Shown in pieces: positions 1-16,120 of a stretch of DNA of 64,000 nt. Within the stretch, counting starts at the first letter, position 1. Each line of letters opens with the position of its first letter. The stretch comes from Eledone cirrhosa (lineage: Eukaryota). Both the position numbers and the translations under genes were made by a program. Under the pieces are notes generated by a model. That model made no database searches. It was not told the origin of the DNA and saw only the letters and a list, made by a program, of their open reading frames with translations. The DNA lies in NCBI GenBank assembly GCA_964016885.1, contig OZ024742.1, positions 29,326,001 through 29,390,000 on the forward strand. Reading direction: 5' to 3'.

Positions 1-44
1 CTGCAGGTACTCATTCTTTTTCCAGTTGAGTGGTAGACGTATCA

Positions 45-143
45 AGTATCAGCAATGGAAAGACCGATGGAAACATTGCTTACTTGGTCCGATTTGACGA
101 GTTCCACTCCACACAATAAGCGAATGAGGTCTGGGATCTTGTC
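45..143. repeat. Dispersed repeat, inverted copy of 35415-35510 (partial third copy at 35180-35240)
   Basis: Reverse complement reads GACAAGATCCCAGACCTCAT...GTGGAACTCGTCAAATCGGACCAAG...CAATGTTTCCAT...CTTTCCATTGCTGATA, matching 35415-35510. Confidence 0.8.
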
Positions 144-1472
144 GATCAATTCGATCGTTCGATGATATATATATCAGGTAACGGGGTGGCTGTGGTTGGC
201 CTCTGTAAATATAACCCAGGGGACACAAAGAAGGAAGGATTCATTAATGTGTGCAAACCTAAAAGTAATTGGCGAATTGACAAAGTAGTCGGAGCGTGCG
301 ACAAAATACCTTGTAGTAATAGTTTTGACTTCCTAGCAACTTCGTTCAAATCTCGTCGAGATCAACTTTATCTTTCATTCAAGGTCACTAAAATAAAGTA
401 CCAGTCTATAGCAATTGATTTGTAGAATCCATAGAGTACTGGGTGCCTTGTGATATTTGTTTCGGCTCGTTGTATTCTGGGTTTATATCTTACTGTAGCC
501 TACTTGGATTGCAGATTTAATCAATCACCCATTTTAACATCAGTAGCTGGTTGTTGAGTGTCTTTAGTAGAATACACTTTGCCGCAAGCATTCAGTTCTT
601 TTCTCTGGTTTGAAAATATCTTCTTCTCTGTGTCCCACTAGTCCCAGAAGACTCGAAAAGGGAGCATGAATATGACACTTCCGTCACTTATTGAGCAGCC
701 ATTAAATGAACATCACTTAAAGACTAAAGTGTGATCGGGTAGTTTGCTAGGGAAGGGAGTCAATATTGTGAAGATAGCTTTCGATAGACTAGCGACATAT
801 CCGTGAGCTGATTTCTCTGTCAGTCTTTTAGAGCTATGGAAGCAGGAAACAAATCATGGAACCAATGCTTCGATTGATGATGATTGTGAGGCGAACTTCT
901 TAACTACTCACCCAACTTGCACCTGAAAGATAGAATGCATGATTACTAAATGTATCAGAGTAATTAGTTATTTATGTGGTAATACATTCTCGGTCTCCCA
1001 ATACCTCGGCCCCAAATGGCCAAATACGGCCAGAGGTAGGAGGCAGTCAAGGTCAACTGGGGATGGGTTCCTCAAACAGGAGTGAGAAGGCCCAGGATTT
1101 GGGATTTTGGACATTCTCATTTCAAATCCTACTTTTTTTTAAGTAACAAGAAATTTTATTTCGTAGTAGAGTTATATAAACATACAGAAAAAGAGAGCCG
1201 TATTGGAAATGGCTATAAATGCCATAAATGAGAGAAAAAGGACAAGAAGAGCAAGGACTACTAGACAAATTCAAGTGTACCGTGTTGGTAATAACATAAA
1301 TACCAGTTGTATACTGACGTGTTTCCATCAACTCTGGCCATACCTTGTAAAATACTGGAATGTATCTACATTCATTCATCTACACTCTAGCTACAACTAT
1401 TATTTGTAACACCTAAGTCAAAGTCAATAAAACTTTGGACAAAATGAGACTTCATATTTAAACTCGACACTT

Positions 1473-1649
1473 TACGAAGATCGTTTGAAGAGTTCATAGG
1501 CTGACCAAGATACTCTCATGTTAGTGACCAAATGGTGTTTATTTTTCAACGTAGTCCTTGGAAAGAAACATGCAGTTATTAATAAGAAGATTTGAAATTA
1601 AGACATGCAGGTTTTCACAGTTCTATGAACATTTCAGCCGAACCTCGTA
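1473..1649. mobile_element. Tc1/mariner-type MITE
   Basis: Imperfect TIRs of about 27 bp: TACGAAGATCGTTTGAAGAGTTCATAG and CTATGAACATTTCAGCCGAACCTCGTA. TA at both ends, no coding capacity. Confidence 0.75.
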
Positions 1650-2100
1650 TGTTTTGAGTTCAAATCTCGTGGAAGATTTTATATTTCATCCTCCCGGGTT
1701 CGGAATATTGAGTAGCATCCATGTAATATTTTGAAATAATTAACATCAGGCCCTCATATTTTATTCATAAGTATCAGCCACTCTTGATTCCATTGCGTTA
1801 CTTCTGTCAAAAACTGTTATCTGGAAACAATATTCGAAATCTTTAAAATGGCCGTCGTTGCGAAACTAAAGAAGCCGGAACATGCTACAATCGCCTACCA
1901 TCATATTTCTGACGTAATAAACCCTATTAATGGCTTGCCTCATCCTACTCCCCTTCCTCTAACCTATTTTCCTTCTCCAGATTGGAGCTTCGCGTAATAG
2001 AGTTAAGAAATACAGTTTCCTCCTTCTCCTGTAAGATGAAGATGATGATGATGATGATGAAGGGTGAAACGACTCATTTTGCTGTAAATCTACCATATAC

Positions 2101-2147
<47 letters not shown>

Positions 2148-2158
2148 CATATATATAT

Positions 2159-2213
<55 letters not shown>

Positions 2214-2818
2214 TACATATATATATATAAATATAACGCAAATATATACGCATATATATATATGTGTGTGTGTGTGTGTATGTATATATGTATATATATG
2301 TATGAACTTATATACATTTATTATAAATATAAATATATATAGCGGCAATACTCTATAAGCATTAACGGACAAATCGAATATAGAATATTTTGCCTTACGA
2401 CAAACAACAACATCAACGTAAATCGTTGAGCTTTGTATGAAATGCTATTGTCATCGATAATTTCGCAATGGACGCAAATTCTTAAAATGTTCCTAGCGAT
2501 ATGGAATCTATTGGGAAAATAACTTTGGTTATTCTGTAAGATTCGATAACAACTACTTGGTGGTTCCTGCCAAAATGCTACAGTCTCAATTTCTAACGGT
2601 ATTCTGTAATTAGCAAATATAGTTTCGTCCACCCTAGTATTTGCTCTGAAATAACCAATTCTACCCCCTAGATTCGCTTCCACACTCTCTAATTACATCA
2701 CTCCTTTGATTCATGGAATAAATATTCCTGCTGAGTAACTCTACCTTTCTCTATAGAAGAGTGTCTCTTTCTACCTATTTATATATCTAAGAATCTATCT
2801 AACTATCTAACTATCTAA

Positions 2819-2894
<76 letters not shown>

Positions 2895-3026
2895 GAATCT
2901 ATCTATCTAGGAATGTATTTATCTATCTCAATCACTTTTCCTCCTCTCACTTTTCAGCCTTCTCGATCTTTTCCCTCTCTCACTACACATATATGTTTCT
3001 ATATACATACATATATACATATATAC

Positions 3027-3061
<35 letters not shown>

Positions 3062-3084
3062 CATATATACATATATATATATAC

Positions 3085-3158
<74 letters not shown>

Positions 3159-3226
3159 CATATATATATATATATATATATAGATAGATATAGATATAGA
3201 TATAGATATAAATAAAGATATAGATG

Positions 3227-3280
<54 letters not shown>

Positions 3281-3358
3281 TGTGTGTGTGTATGTATATA
3301 TCTGTCTTTTTAAGTATGATGTAAGTCCCTCTATATATAAGTCTCTATTTGTGTTTCA

Positions 3359-3407
<49 letters not shown>

Positions 3408-3487
3408 TTATATATACATATAGTAATATATATATATATATATATATACATATAGTAATATATATATATATATATATACATATAGTA

Positions 3488-3531
<44 letters not shown>

Positions 3532-3704
3532 AGAGAAAGACAGAGATAGTAGAGAGAGATATGTCAGTCTTATGTCTTGGTTCTGTCTCTGTATTCTCAC
3601 ACCCAGCTACCGCCTGATATTCTGATATCTCTTCAAACATCTATCTATCGATTTATCCATTTGTTTATGATTCTATCTATCTATACCATATATATATATG
3701 TATT

Positions 3705-5515
<1,811 letters not shown>

Positions 5516-5517
5516 TC

Positions 5518-5557
<40 letters not shown>

Positions 5558-5680
5558 ACTTGCTGTCCTCCACCTACCCCCCACTCTCCTGAGCGTGAAT
5601 TTAATAAACATTTATCGTACTGCCTCTCTGTTCTGTCCCTGTTCAATTTTTCATTATATATATATATATATATATATATA

Positions 5681-5872
5681 ACAAAGGAATTGTGGTAAGG
5701 AACCAGATGGACCATAACGCACCAGAGTACTCAATACTTAGGGTAGTAGAGTGGGAAATAGGAAAAAGTATGACCCCGACGGAAGAGCTCAAGCGGTTTA
5801 GACGGCTATTTCTGGACTAAATAGCCGTCGAAACGGCTTGAGCTCTGCCGTCGGGGTCATACTTTTTCCTAT
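5681..5872 (-). mobile_element. PLE-like fold-back insert, family B, with 3' half of a hammerhead
   Basis: Flanked by (TA)n; hairpin 5758-5872. Contains stem II, GAAA, CGGC-loop-GCCG, TC, GGGGTC. Homologous to 14143-14337 and 41620-41824. Confidence 0.75.
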
Positions 5873-6287
5873 ATATATATATATGGTGGGGGAATGTATG
5901 AGTGTACTTTGTGTATCTGTGTGCGTATAGATATGTACATAGATTCATTGGCACCATTCACACAAATACATGTATATGTATGTGTATGTGTGTGTGGGGG
6001 TGTGGGGTGGGGTTATGCATGCTTACATAAATATATGTGTGTGTGTTTGTGTGTAAGCGTCTGTGTCTGTGTGTCTGTATATGTGTAAATACGTACATAA
6101 ATACATCCCACCATCCACACTCATATATATGTACATACATGCACACATACACACACATATATATACATATAATATACATATAATATACATATAATACTCT
6201 CTCTTTCTTTTAAGCGTGAAACTAACACGAGTTTAGGTTAATGCATGTTTGTTCGTTCCTAGTTTTCTGATATATATATACATACGT

Positions 6288-6380
<93 letters not shown>

Positions 6381-6385
<5 letters not shown>

Positions 6386-6823
6386 GAGTTAATCAAGATT
6401 CAATGAGTACATCAAAGAATGAGTTTTACAGTAGATTGGAAGCACTCTACAGCAGATATTTTCCAGAGTTATTAATATTAATTCAAATATTAACAAAATA
6501 GATATTCTTATGATCAATTAAATTTTATTATACATATTTTAGAGGTACTGAATTAAGTTCAACAGTACGTCCTCATCAGATAAAATAAAATGATACATGA
6601 CATACCCTGACATGGTAGATGGTTAAGATTTAATCAAGGTAGTGATTAACTTATGAGAAAACTCAATATTTATACCCTAATATTGAGAACATGAGAAAAC
6701 GTAATAGAATCAATAGAGAGAGTGCCGCCGGGGTCCTGACTCTTTTCCCATTACCCACTCTACTACCCTATCGAATACTCTGGTGTGTTATGGTCCACCT
6801 AGTTTCTTACCACACTTTTTTTA

Positions 6824-6826
<3 letters not shown>
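6381..6826. mobile_element. Chimeric PLE-like insert: family A (- strand, 6381-6722) fused to family B 3' end (+ strand, 6723-6826)
   Basis: Left part aligns with 41871-42200. Right part is the reverse complement of 5681-5782 / 14143-14246. (TA)n on both sides. Confidence 0.75.
6522..6586 (-). ncRNA. Type I hammerhead motif with mutated core (GAAA to AAAA)
   Basis: ATTTTAT-CTGATGA-GGACGTACTG...CAGTACCTCT-AAAA-TATGTATA-ATAAAAT; the sibling copy at 21204 has GAAA. Confidence 0.7.
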
Positions 6827-6854
<28 letters not shown>

Positions 6855-7128
6855 CTATAAAGTGTGTCCATAGAATCATTTGATAATATATATACACCAT
6901 TTCCTCTGCCAATTAGCATAATCAACCACATAAAAAATCAATTAGACCAGGCTATAAGATTAAAAGGCACCTATGAAGAAATATTAGATAAATAAACGAC
7001 AGCAATCTCTTCGCGGCCGACCGCCATTACCCAACATTTCAACAGCACATGGAAATCGACTAAATATACCGTCAACCATACACAATTACGTATAAAATTA
7101 AAGTTAGAAGAAATGCGTACACACTTAC

Positions 7129-7370
7129 CAGGATTGTGTCTCTACCCTCGGGGTCCGTTCGCATTTTGAGATATCGTATTAAGGGTAAAATCTCGAGCTT
7201 CGAACTCGTCAGGAAACAAACTCATAGGACAAGTAATTTTCTAAAGTGATCCCCGCCAGAAACAAATTCAAAATGGCTAAGAATCGTGGCGTGGCAGTGG
7301 TCAAATCAGAAAGAATGTGATTGGTTGCTTACGGCGAGTGGGCTGGTTGCTAGAAAGCGCAGGCCCAATA
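7129..7370 (-). promoter_or_regulatory. Candidate promoter / first exon ending in a consensus splice donor
   Basis: Locally CpG-enriched. CCAAT motifs at 7320 and 7365, YY1-like CAAAATGGC at 7269-7277, ATG at 7164, then 12 codons to CTG|GTAAGT at 7129. Confidence 0.3.
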
Positions 7371-7473
7371 TTGCCCAAATTGCATCTCAACCTAGTGGAA
7401 GATTATTAAATATAAAGATTTACATATACACAAACTAAACTAAACAAAGTCACAGATATATATGTATATATAT

Positions 7474-7544
<71 letters not shown>

Positions 7545-7558
7545 AATATATATGTATA

Positions 7559-7600
<42 letters not shown>

Positions 7601-8533
7601 TAGCTATATTGATACATACATTCAAACATACATTAATACATTAATACATTCAATCATACTTACATAAATACATACATTTATACATACATACATGCAACAT
7701 GCATATAATACATACATAAATATATACATACACGCATTATACATACACCATAAATACATACATACGCACGATATATAATACAACATATATATATTACATA
7801 CATATTTACACACAATATATAATACAACATACATATAATACATAAATACTTAGACACAATATATAATACAACATATATATGATATATATAATACATACAT
7901 GTACACAATATACATACAACATATATATACAATACATACACCATATATATAATATATACATACTTAGACACAATGTATAATACAACATATATATAATATA
8001 TATAATACATACATACTTAGACACAACGTATAATACAACATATAATAATATATATAATACATACATATACACAATATACATACAACATATATATACAATA
8101 CATACAACATATATATTATATAAAATTTAGTAAAATAATATAAAATTTTTCACAATAAAAAAAATAGTCGAAAGAGGAGGAGACAGTTTGATTGTGTTTA
8201 TTCCATCTGTGAAACAGAATATTTAACACACGCGCTCTTCGAGTTCTCCCAAAGAGGGTATCAATTTGCTGAAACATACAGCCGGACTTATTAACTCAGC
8301 CGAATTTCAATTAGATTCGGTAAACATATAACAGACATCTCGGAGAAGTTGAGTCGCCAATAAGATTAATTCTTCCTTCTTTGGGCCGGAATCTGACACC
8401 TTCTGCTCCCCCTCTTTCTCTCATCCGTACGTTCCCTCTTCTGTTTTTACGTTTCTGCCCTAACACTGACTTGTTTATACCGTGTATGCATGTATGTATG
8501 ATCGTATGGTTGTATGGTTGTATGGTATGTATG

Positions 8534-8619
<86 letters not shown>

Positions 8620-8707
8620 ATGTATGTATATATGTATGTATATATGTATATCTTTGCGTATATATATACATATGTATGTGTTAGCCCCCCCTCTGCTTAC
8701 GTGTATA

Positions 8708-8738
<31 letters not shown>

Positions 8739-8795
8739 GCATATATATATATATGCATATATATATGCATATATATATGCATTATATATATATAT

Positions 8796-8830
<35 letters not shown>

Positions 8831-8870
8831 AATATATATATATACATATATATACATATATATACATATA

Positions 8871-8980
<110 letters not shown>

Positions 8981-8982
8981 TA

Positions 8983-9062
<80 letters not shown>

Positions 9063-9534
9063 TATGTGTGTGTATACATATATATATAGTTGTATGTTTT
9101 CGTGTGTATGAGTATAGCAAAGGGAAGCTGTAGTTATAAAGATACAGATTTATCAATAGCTAATCTTAAATATCAATGACACTGAACTGTTATTGAAACG
9201 GCTTAAACTACAAGTAAAATCATTAAAATACAACAATAAAAACAAATAAAATAGATAGCTTCAACTTCTAATTGATTAAAGACTCTTCATATTTAGATAA
9301 AATAATATGAAATCTCTACAATGCAAATATAATTATAGTATATCACGATAGAAACAAAAATATTTTACACCTAAACAAAATACGGATCTGATGTGTGGTC
9401 ATGCTGTGTCTATTGTAAAATATGATTTCTTTTATTGGTGTTTTAGGTTATTGTTGTTGTTTGTTTTGTTTTTGTTTAGTTTTTTATTATTAAATTTCAC
9501 CTCACATGACCCTGATGTGACATTGGCACACTCG

Positions 9535-10250
9535 TGTGAAGCTGGGGAGAGATGTAGGCTAATTATAAAAATGTAGGTCCTCATAAAATTGTCTCTATAT
9601 TTCATAAGCAGGCCTGTGGGAAGTTGGCGGGAGATCTAGGCTAATTGTAAAAATGTAGGCCCCTATAAAATTGACGCTATGTTTCATAAATAGACCCGTG
9701 GAAAACTAATAAGAAACCTAGGCTAATTATAAAAATATAGGTCCCATATAATTGGGAATATGCTCAGGCCATATGGAAAGTTTACACGCCTAAATTTGGT
9801 AGTAGGCTCTGAGCAGATGAAATGTAGGGCATGTTTAAAAATATTCATTAAGTATTTCAATAATCAATGATATATATATATATATATGTGTGTGTGTATA
9901 TACAAGAGTCAGTGTTGCCACATATGTACAAACTATATTTGCATAATACAATTCTTTCGATATCGATCAGCTAAGGGTACAGTCAAGGTTACGGAGCCCG
10001 ACTCTTTTTCGACATTTCATCAGATATGTAACTGCTTTTAACTTCACCTCGTAACCCGATATGTCATTGGTAGGCCTGTGGGAAGTTAGCGAGAGATCTA
10101 GGCCAATTGTAAAAAATATAGGCCCCATATAACTGGGAATATGCCCAAGCCATATGGAAAGTTTACGCATCTAAAGCTGGTAATAAGTTCTGAGCAAATG
10201 AAATGTAGAGCATATTTAAAATATTCACTAAGTATTTTAATAACTAGTGA
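9535..10250. repeat. About 82-bp tandem repeat (3 copies) plus a local duplication at 10070-10250
   Basis: AGGCTAATT(A/G)TAAAAAT recurs near 9556, 9638, 9720 and, as a variant, 10100. Downstream 9740-9870 is repeated at 10125-10250. Confidence 0.75.
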
Positions 10251-10293
10251 TATATATATATATAATTAGGAGACGAAGCAAGTTGAATAGAGC

Positions 10294-10387
<94 letters not shown>

Positions 10388-11337
10388 ATATATATGTATA
10401 TATATATTTATATATATATAAAATATATGGAGAATAGAAATGTCTGTGTAGTTTTTATTTAAGGTAGCTTAAAATGCTGTGGGAATAAGAAGACAGCAGG
10501 AACGGGGGCGGGGGGGGGGGTTCCTCATCAATTGTCTACTGGGGTCTCGGATATTCCAACACTTTAAAGACAATATATCTACCGCCCAGAGCGTCAATAA
10601 CTAGATAAGTTATTGAGAAAGTGGAGGAGGGAGGCAAGGAAAACAAAGGGGAAGAAAAGAGAAAACAATGAAAAGAGAGCGAAAAATAAATACCAACCGA
10701 GCAACTTAAAGTAAGAATCCAAGACCACACGATGAGAGAACTTAAGTGGTCGAGAGAAAAAAGACACACGTCTGACCCCGGCAGTTGTAAATGAGAAAAG
10801 GACTACTAGAGGGTCAGGCGAGGGAGTGAAAGTGAGAGGGACAAAGGGAGAGGAAGAAAGTGGGGTGAGAGTAGATAGTAATGAAATAGTTAGGTAGAAG
10901 AGAGAAGACTGGTAGAGAGGATGAGTGAAAGTGAGAGGGAGAAAGTGAGAGGGAGAAAGTGAGAGGGAGAAAGGGAGAGGAAGAAGGGGGGGGTTAGAGT
11001 AGATAGTAGCGAAATAAGTAGGTAGAAAGGGAGAGAAGAATGGTCACAGCCATATATATATATATTTCTTCTTTGAAAAAACATTTTCGCGGCAATTTCG
11101 AGCCCGCATGATCAACCTGATTGAGGCATGACCTCAACGCTGACATTTCCCTTTGACGCGGTGGTAGTAGCACATTATAAGCTTGCGCCCCCTCACCAAA
11201 TGGTCATAAGTAGACTTAATAATCAACATTTTAGGGCGGCCGACAGAGGTAGAAGCTGCTAAATAGTCAGTCGTCCTCCTGTCTCTGATTTTGAGCCCCA
11301 TGGATTTTATCTGTTATATTCGTTTGTTATATTTTGA

Positions 11338-11394
11338 ATACCTGATGATGTCACCGGATTCACACTGAACCCGGTCATTGAAATGATCATAGTA
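11338..11394 (+). ncRNA. Type I minimal hammerhead motif (distinct family)
   Basis: ATAC-CTGATGA-TGTCACCGG...CCGGTCATT-GAAA-TGATCA-TA-GTAT. Palindromic stem III (ATGATCAT), 4-bp stem I, followed by AATAAA. Confidence 0.65.
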
Positions 11395-11600
11395 TAATAA
11401 ACCTTTCAAGGATTTACACCAGTCCAGCCTCCTGTTATTTTATAATAATTACCTTCTACTCGCACCACCAACTACACAAACGAAGACGGGTGAGTTGCAT
11501 TACATTGAGTACTCTCCATAATATTACATCGAGGTTGAGGCTACGAAATGACCAGTTCTATCCAGTGGTGAACCAACAAACCTAAATGAATATATATATA

Positions 11601-11674
<74 letters not shown>

Positions 11675-11771
11675 TAGGTAATTCCGAAGAAAAAGAAAAG
11701 GAAAATAGAGTGTTCTATGTATAGACACAGCTATTTAATTAGAAAGTGAACAACACAATATATCATTACTC

Positions 11772-11874
<103 letters not shown>

Positions 11875-12612
11875 ATTATTGCTTATAGCTATATGCAGTT
11901 ACATATAATGGATATACATATAAACCCAAGTGGCAGGAGAAACTAAATGGAATAAAAATATTAGTAGAGTAGTTGCCTTTAAATCGATCCCCGAGCCACG
12001 CACTCAAGTAATGATACCACAAACGCCAATGTTTGCAATTCCAGAATGGAGGGAGGTTAGCTACTATTTCTATCTCTCAACACTTCAGTTAGAAAGACGG
12101 GGAAATTGTGTTAAAATTTGACTTCTACCATCCACTAGATGAGATGTAGTTATAAGTCGTCTAGTGTTGATGTTGTTATTGTTGAAAGTTGTTGCTGTTA
12201 CTGTTGTTACTGCGCTTGTTGTCGATGTTGTTACTGCTGTTACTGCTGTTGTTGTTGTTGTTGCTATTGCTGCGCTTGTTGTTGTTGTTTAGTGTTGCTG
12301 TTGCATCTGCTGTTGTTGTTGCTATTGCTGTCCTTATTGATACTACAGCTGTATATGATAATGCTACTGCTGTTGCTGATAGTGTTGCTGTTGTAGTTGT
12401 GGTTGTTATTGTTGTTGTTGATGTTATTGTTACCGTTGTTGTTTTTGCTGTTGTTGTTTAATCGGAAAAAACCTCAAAGTGAGGAAAGTGGGGTAAAAGG
12501 AATAGAATAATGAGAGAAAGGGGTAAATGAAGGGAGAAAAGAAGGGGTAATGAAAGAAGGAATTAAGGTAAGGTAGGTCAGTAAAAATAAAATAGGGAAG
12601 GAAAAATAAGGG

Positions 12613-13050
12613 TTTCTGATTTAGGCACAAGGCCAGCAATACTGGGGGAGGAGAAAGTCGATGAAATCGACCCCAGTGCGTTACTGGTACTTTATATTAT
12701 TGACCCCTTGAGGATAAAAGGCTAAGCTAACCTCAGTAGGATTTTAAGTCAGAACCTAAAGAGAACCTAGCTATATGCCGCAAAGGATGTTGTTCGACGC
12801 TCAACCAATTCTACCCATCCACCGCCCGCCGATACTGCCAATAATTGTCTCTGATTTAGACACAAGGCCACCAGTTCTGGGGAAGACGAAAGTCGATTAA
12901 ATCAACCTCTGTGCGTTACTGGTACTTTATTTTATCGATCCCATAAGGATAAAAGGTTAAACTAACCTCGGCGGGATTTGAAATTAGAATGTAAAGGTGC
13001 CAGAAAGCATGTTGTCCGACGCTCTACACATTACTACCAATCCACGGCCC
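12613..13050 (-). mobile_element. Two tandem tRNA-derived SINEs (family 1)
   Basis: Minus strand has a B-box-like TTCAAATCCCGCCGAGG, a central CCTTTTATCCT...GATAA...AAAGTACCAG and a TGGCCTTGTGCCTAAA tail. Confidence 0.85.
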
Positions 13051-13677
13051 TTGGGAAATAAAGGAGAAATAATAAATAAATAAATAAATAAATAGATAAA
13101 GTAGTGTGTAAAGTTGGGATCAAAAGTTCGAATCAGTAGAATGACAGCAGTTGAAAACAAAAGGATTGTGTTAACAATGGCAAAGTAACATGGTAATGTA
13201 GTAGCCATTGGCTAGCTACTGAAGAATCTTTCTTGTTGCAAATTGTTCTCTTGAAGCATTAAAACTGACAATGGCATTTGGCCAGTGAATGCACTAGCTG
13301 CATTGGCATGACTGGCAACAAGATAACGATGGCATTAGGCCAGACAAGCAAATGTACTCGGCTGTGTAACCTTAAATTTAATACCGTTTCAGAAAGAATC
13401 TATAATTTATAACTCTTGCTTTTGTACTTCGATTCCACATATCTGATTGATTCCCTGTGATGTTTCGATAAACTACACTAGAATGAAATGCTTTTTAGTA
13501 TATTTTGTTTAATTCAATTTTAGCGAGATTATGCTATATTTTCTTGGCTAAATAAACTCTAAATACATTTCAAGAAACGATAGAGAAATTAAATGTCATA
13601 CTCCTAGCTTTTCTCTTTCATCGTCACTCTGACTAGACACACTCATTCAACAACACACACACACGCACACACACACG

Positions 13678-13745
<68 letters not shown>

Positions 13746-13776
13746 CATATATATATACATACACATATAAACATAG

Positions 13777-13829
<53 letters not shown>

Positions 13830-13834
<5 letters not shown>

Positions 13835-14100
13835 AGAAATGTAAGCTATCGGCGTATTTTGACTAAAGAAATTAAAGAAATTATTTAGCCTGATAGTGGG
13901 GTTAAGAACCCTCGGAGAAATGGAAAAAGATGAGTATTGACGTACATGGGAGTCAATACTCATCTTTTTCCATTTCTCCGAGGGTTCTTAACCCCACTAT
14001 CAGACTAAATAATTTCTTTAATTTCTTTAGTCAAAATAGGGCGATAGCTTACATTTCTAATAATTTGTAACCCACTCGCTGTTTCGAAAATATTCTTACT
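13830..14100. mobile_element. Fold-back insert in (TA)n
   Basis: 13830-13941 and 13951-14062 are near-perfect inverted arms with a short loop; the right arm extends to about 14100. Confidence 0.8.
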
Positions 14101-14142
14101 ATATATATACATAGTTATTTATCTATATATGTATATGTGTGT

Positions 14143-14337
14143 AACGAAGGAAGGTGGTAAGGAACCAGGTGGACCATAACGCACCAGAGTACTCGATACT
14201 TTGGGTATTAGAGTGGGTAATAGGAAAAGAGTCAGAACTCTGATGGCAGAGCTCAAGCCGTTTCGACAGCTATTTCTGGACAAATAGCTGTCGAAATGGC
14301 TTGAGCTCTGTCGTCGGGGTTCTGACTCTTTTCCTAT
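14143..14337 (-). mobile_element. PLE-like fold-back insert, family B
   Basis: Same architecture as 5681-5872; centre GACAGCTATTT-CTGGAC-AAATAGCTGTC-GAAA. Confidence 0.75.
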
Positions 14338-14519
14338 ATATATATATATATATGTATATTACATATATAATATATATATTATATATATTATATATATTAT
14401 ATAGCAGGGTTATGTGCCCACCATTCTTCCACTGCGCCAATCTACTACTAATATATTTATATATATAAGTAAGGACGTAAGTTTATATAAATGTACTTGC
14501 ATGTAGTTTTCTGTTGTGA

Positions 14520-14790
14520 ACTAAGCATGGCTGAATGTTTAGGAAGCTCGCTTTGCAGTCATTAGATCCAAGGTCTGAGCCCGCTTCTTGGCATCTTGGA
14601 CGAGTTTCATTGAACATAGTCTTCTGTTAACTCATGCCTTGTGAGGAGGATATTGGAAACTATATGGAAGCTCATCAGAGGGTCTATACCTGTTATTCAA
14701 AGGGCCAGTCATGTGCCACACTGTCATGATGAATCTCCCCGAGAATTACGTTAGGAGGTTCTCATGTCTGTGGAATGCGGCGGATGTTCT
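14520..14790 (+). mobile_element. Degenerate SINE (composite)
   Basis: tRNA-like head ATGGCTGAATGTTTAGG. The 3' part (AAGGGCCAG...GAATCTCCCCGAGAATTACGTTA) matches 53115-53200. Confidence 0.55.
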
Positions 14791-15696
14791 GTTGATTGCC
14801 ACAATTTTAGGTTGAAATGTCATGAGAATCTTTTCTTTTAGCATGTAGAATCAACAATTACAAATCTAATCCATGCAGTCGGCTATAAATATAAATATTT
14901 CTCAAAACGCACCAAGAATGTATTTGAATGTAAAATTTATTTAGCAACTCTAAAAACGAATGTTTAGTGACATCAGTTCATATATCATGTAGCTTAACTG
15001 AAGTGAAAATAACAATATATTAATATAAATTTATATTTATGTTTATAAATTTTATTGCATAGAATTAGTGCTATTTTCAAGGTGAACGTAGTTTCATAGA
15101 ATTTGTTGATAAAAGTACGTTTTTTTTTCCCCATTATCAAAAATTGTATTTACGAACCGCAAACACTAATCATCAGCTATGATTAAATCAGTAACGCAAT
15201 TTATATGTATATATATTCCTCGGATATCAGCCAATTTCATCTGATATTTGATTGATGAGGTTGACCAAATTCTGAAGTTTAAAAAATATATATCACGTAC
15301 ACAAAAGGAGGTGATTGTATGTCTTTCATTTCTTTTTCTTTGCCAAGAACAATTGCTGTCTTAATAAATAGACAAATGAACTTCAACGAAAGTCCCAATT
15401 CCAGGGAAAGCTGCTGGTTTGGTGCACGGATTTCCCGTCTGAGCGTTAATTTAGAATACCTTCTTCTAAATCCCACACCTTGTATTCTTTAAAAATGGAG
15501 CTTCCTGGGAGAATATCATATAAAAGATGACTGGCTGACATATTAAATTGTTAAACATTAATAAATGCTTTTCTGATAAATGTTTTATGACTGATGTTTG
15601 GTTTCTTCTTCTTCTTCTTCTTCTTCTTCTTCTTCTTCTTCTTCTTCTTCTTCTTCTTCTTCTTCTTCTTCTTCTTCTTCTTCTTCTTCTTCGTCA

Positions 15697-15743
<47 letters not shown>

Positions 15744-16089
15744 GAAATAGTATTATCATTAACATTATTATTGTCATTAATATTGTTAATGTTGTTGTTG
15801 GTATTGTTATCATTATTTTGTTGTTGTTATTGTTATCATTATTTTGTTGTTGTTCTTATCATTATTATTATTATTACTTTTGATAATAAATGTTTTAACA
15901 TAAATCTTTTGTGATAAATGTTTTACGATAAATGATTCAGAAATGATGTTACATCAATTTCGATATTCTTGTTGTTTTTATATTCTTTTGTATATCTGTA
16001 TATCGTATGTGTTTTGTTTTCTATATACAAGTATATTATATACATATAATGTGTTTATGTGTGGACGCCAGCGTGTGTTTTTATATATT

Positions 16090-16120
<31 letters not shown>

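Noticed and set aside
380-900. Possible decayed Gypsy integrase C-terminus on the minus strand
   Set aside because: Only vague motif resemblance with many stops; not supportable without a search.
2321-2683. 120-aa non-repetitive ORF
   Set aside because: No ATG start, recognisable domain or clear splice signals.
9990-10030. CTGATGA...GAAA on the minus strand (similar partial hits near 7200, 16570 and 45165)
   Set aside because: Stem II too short or GAAA/stem I missing.
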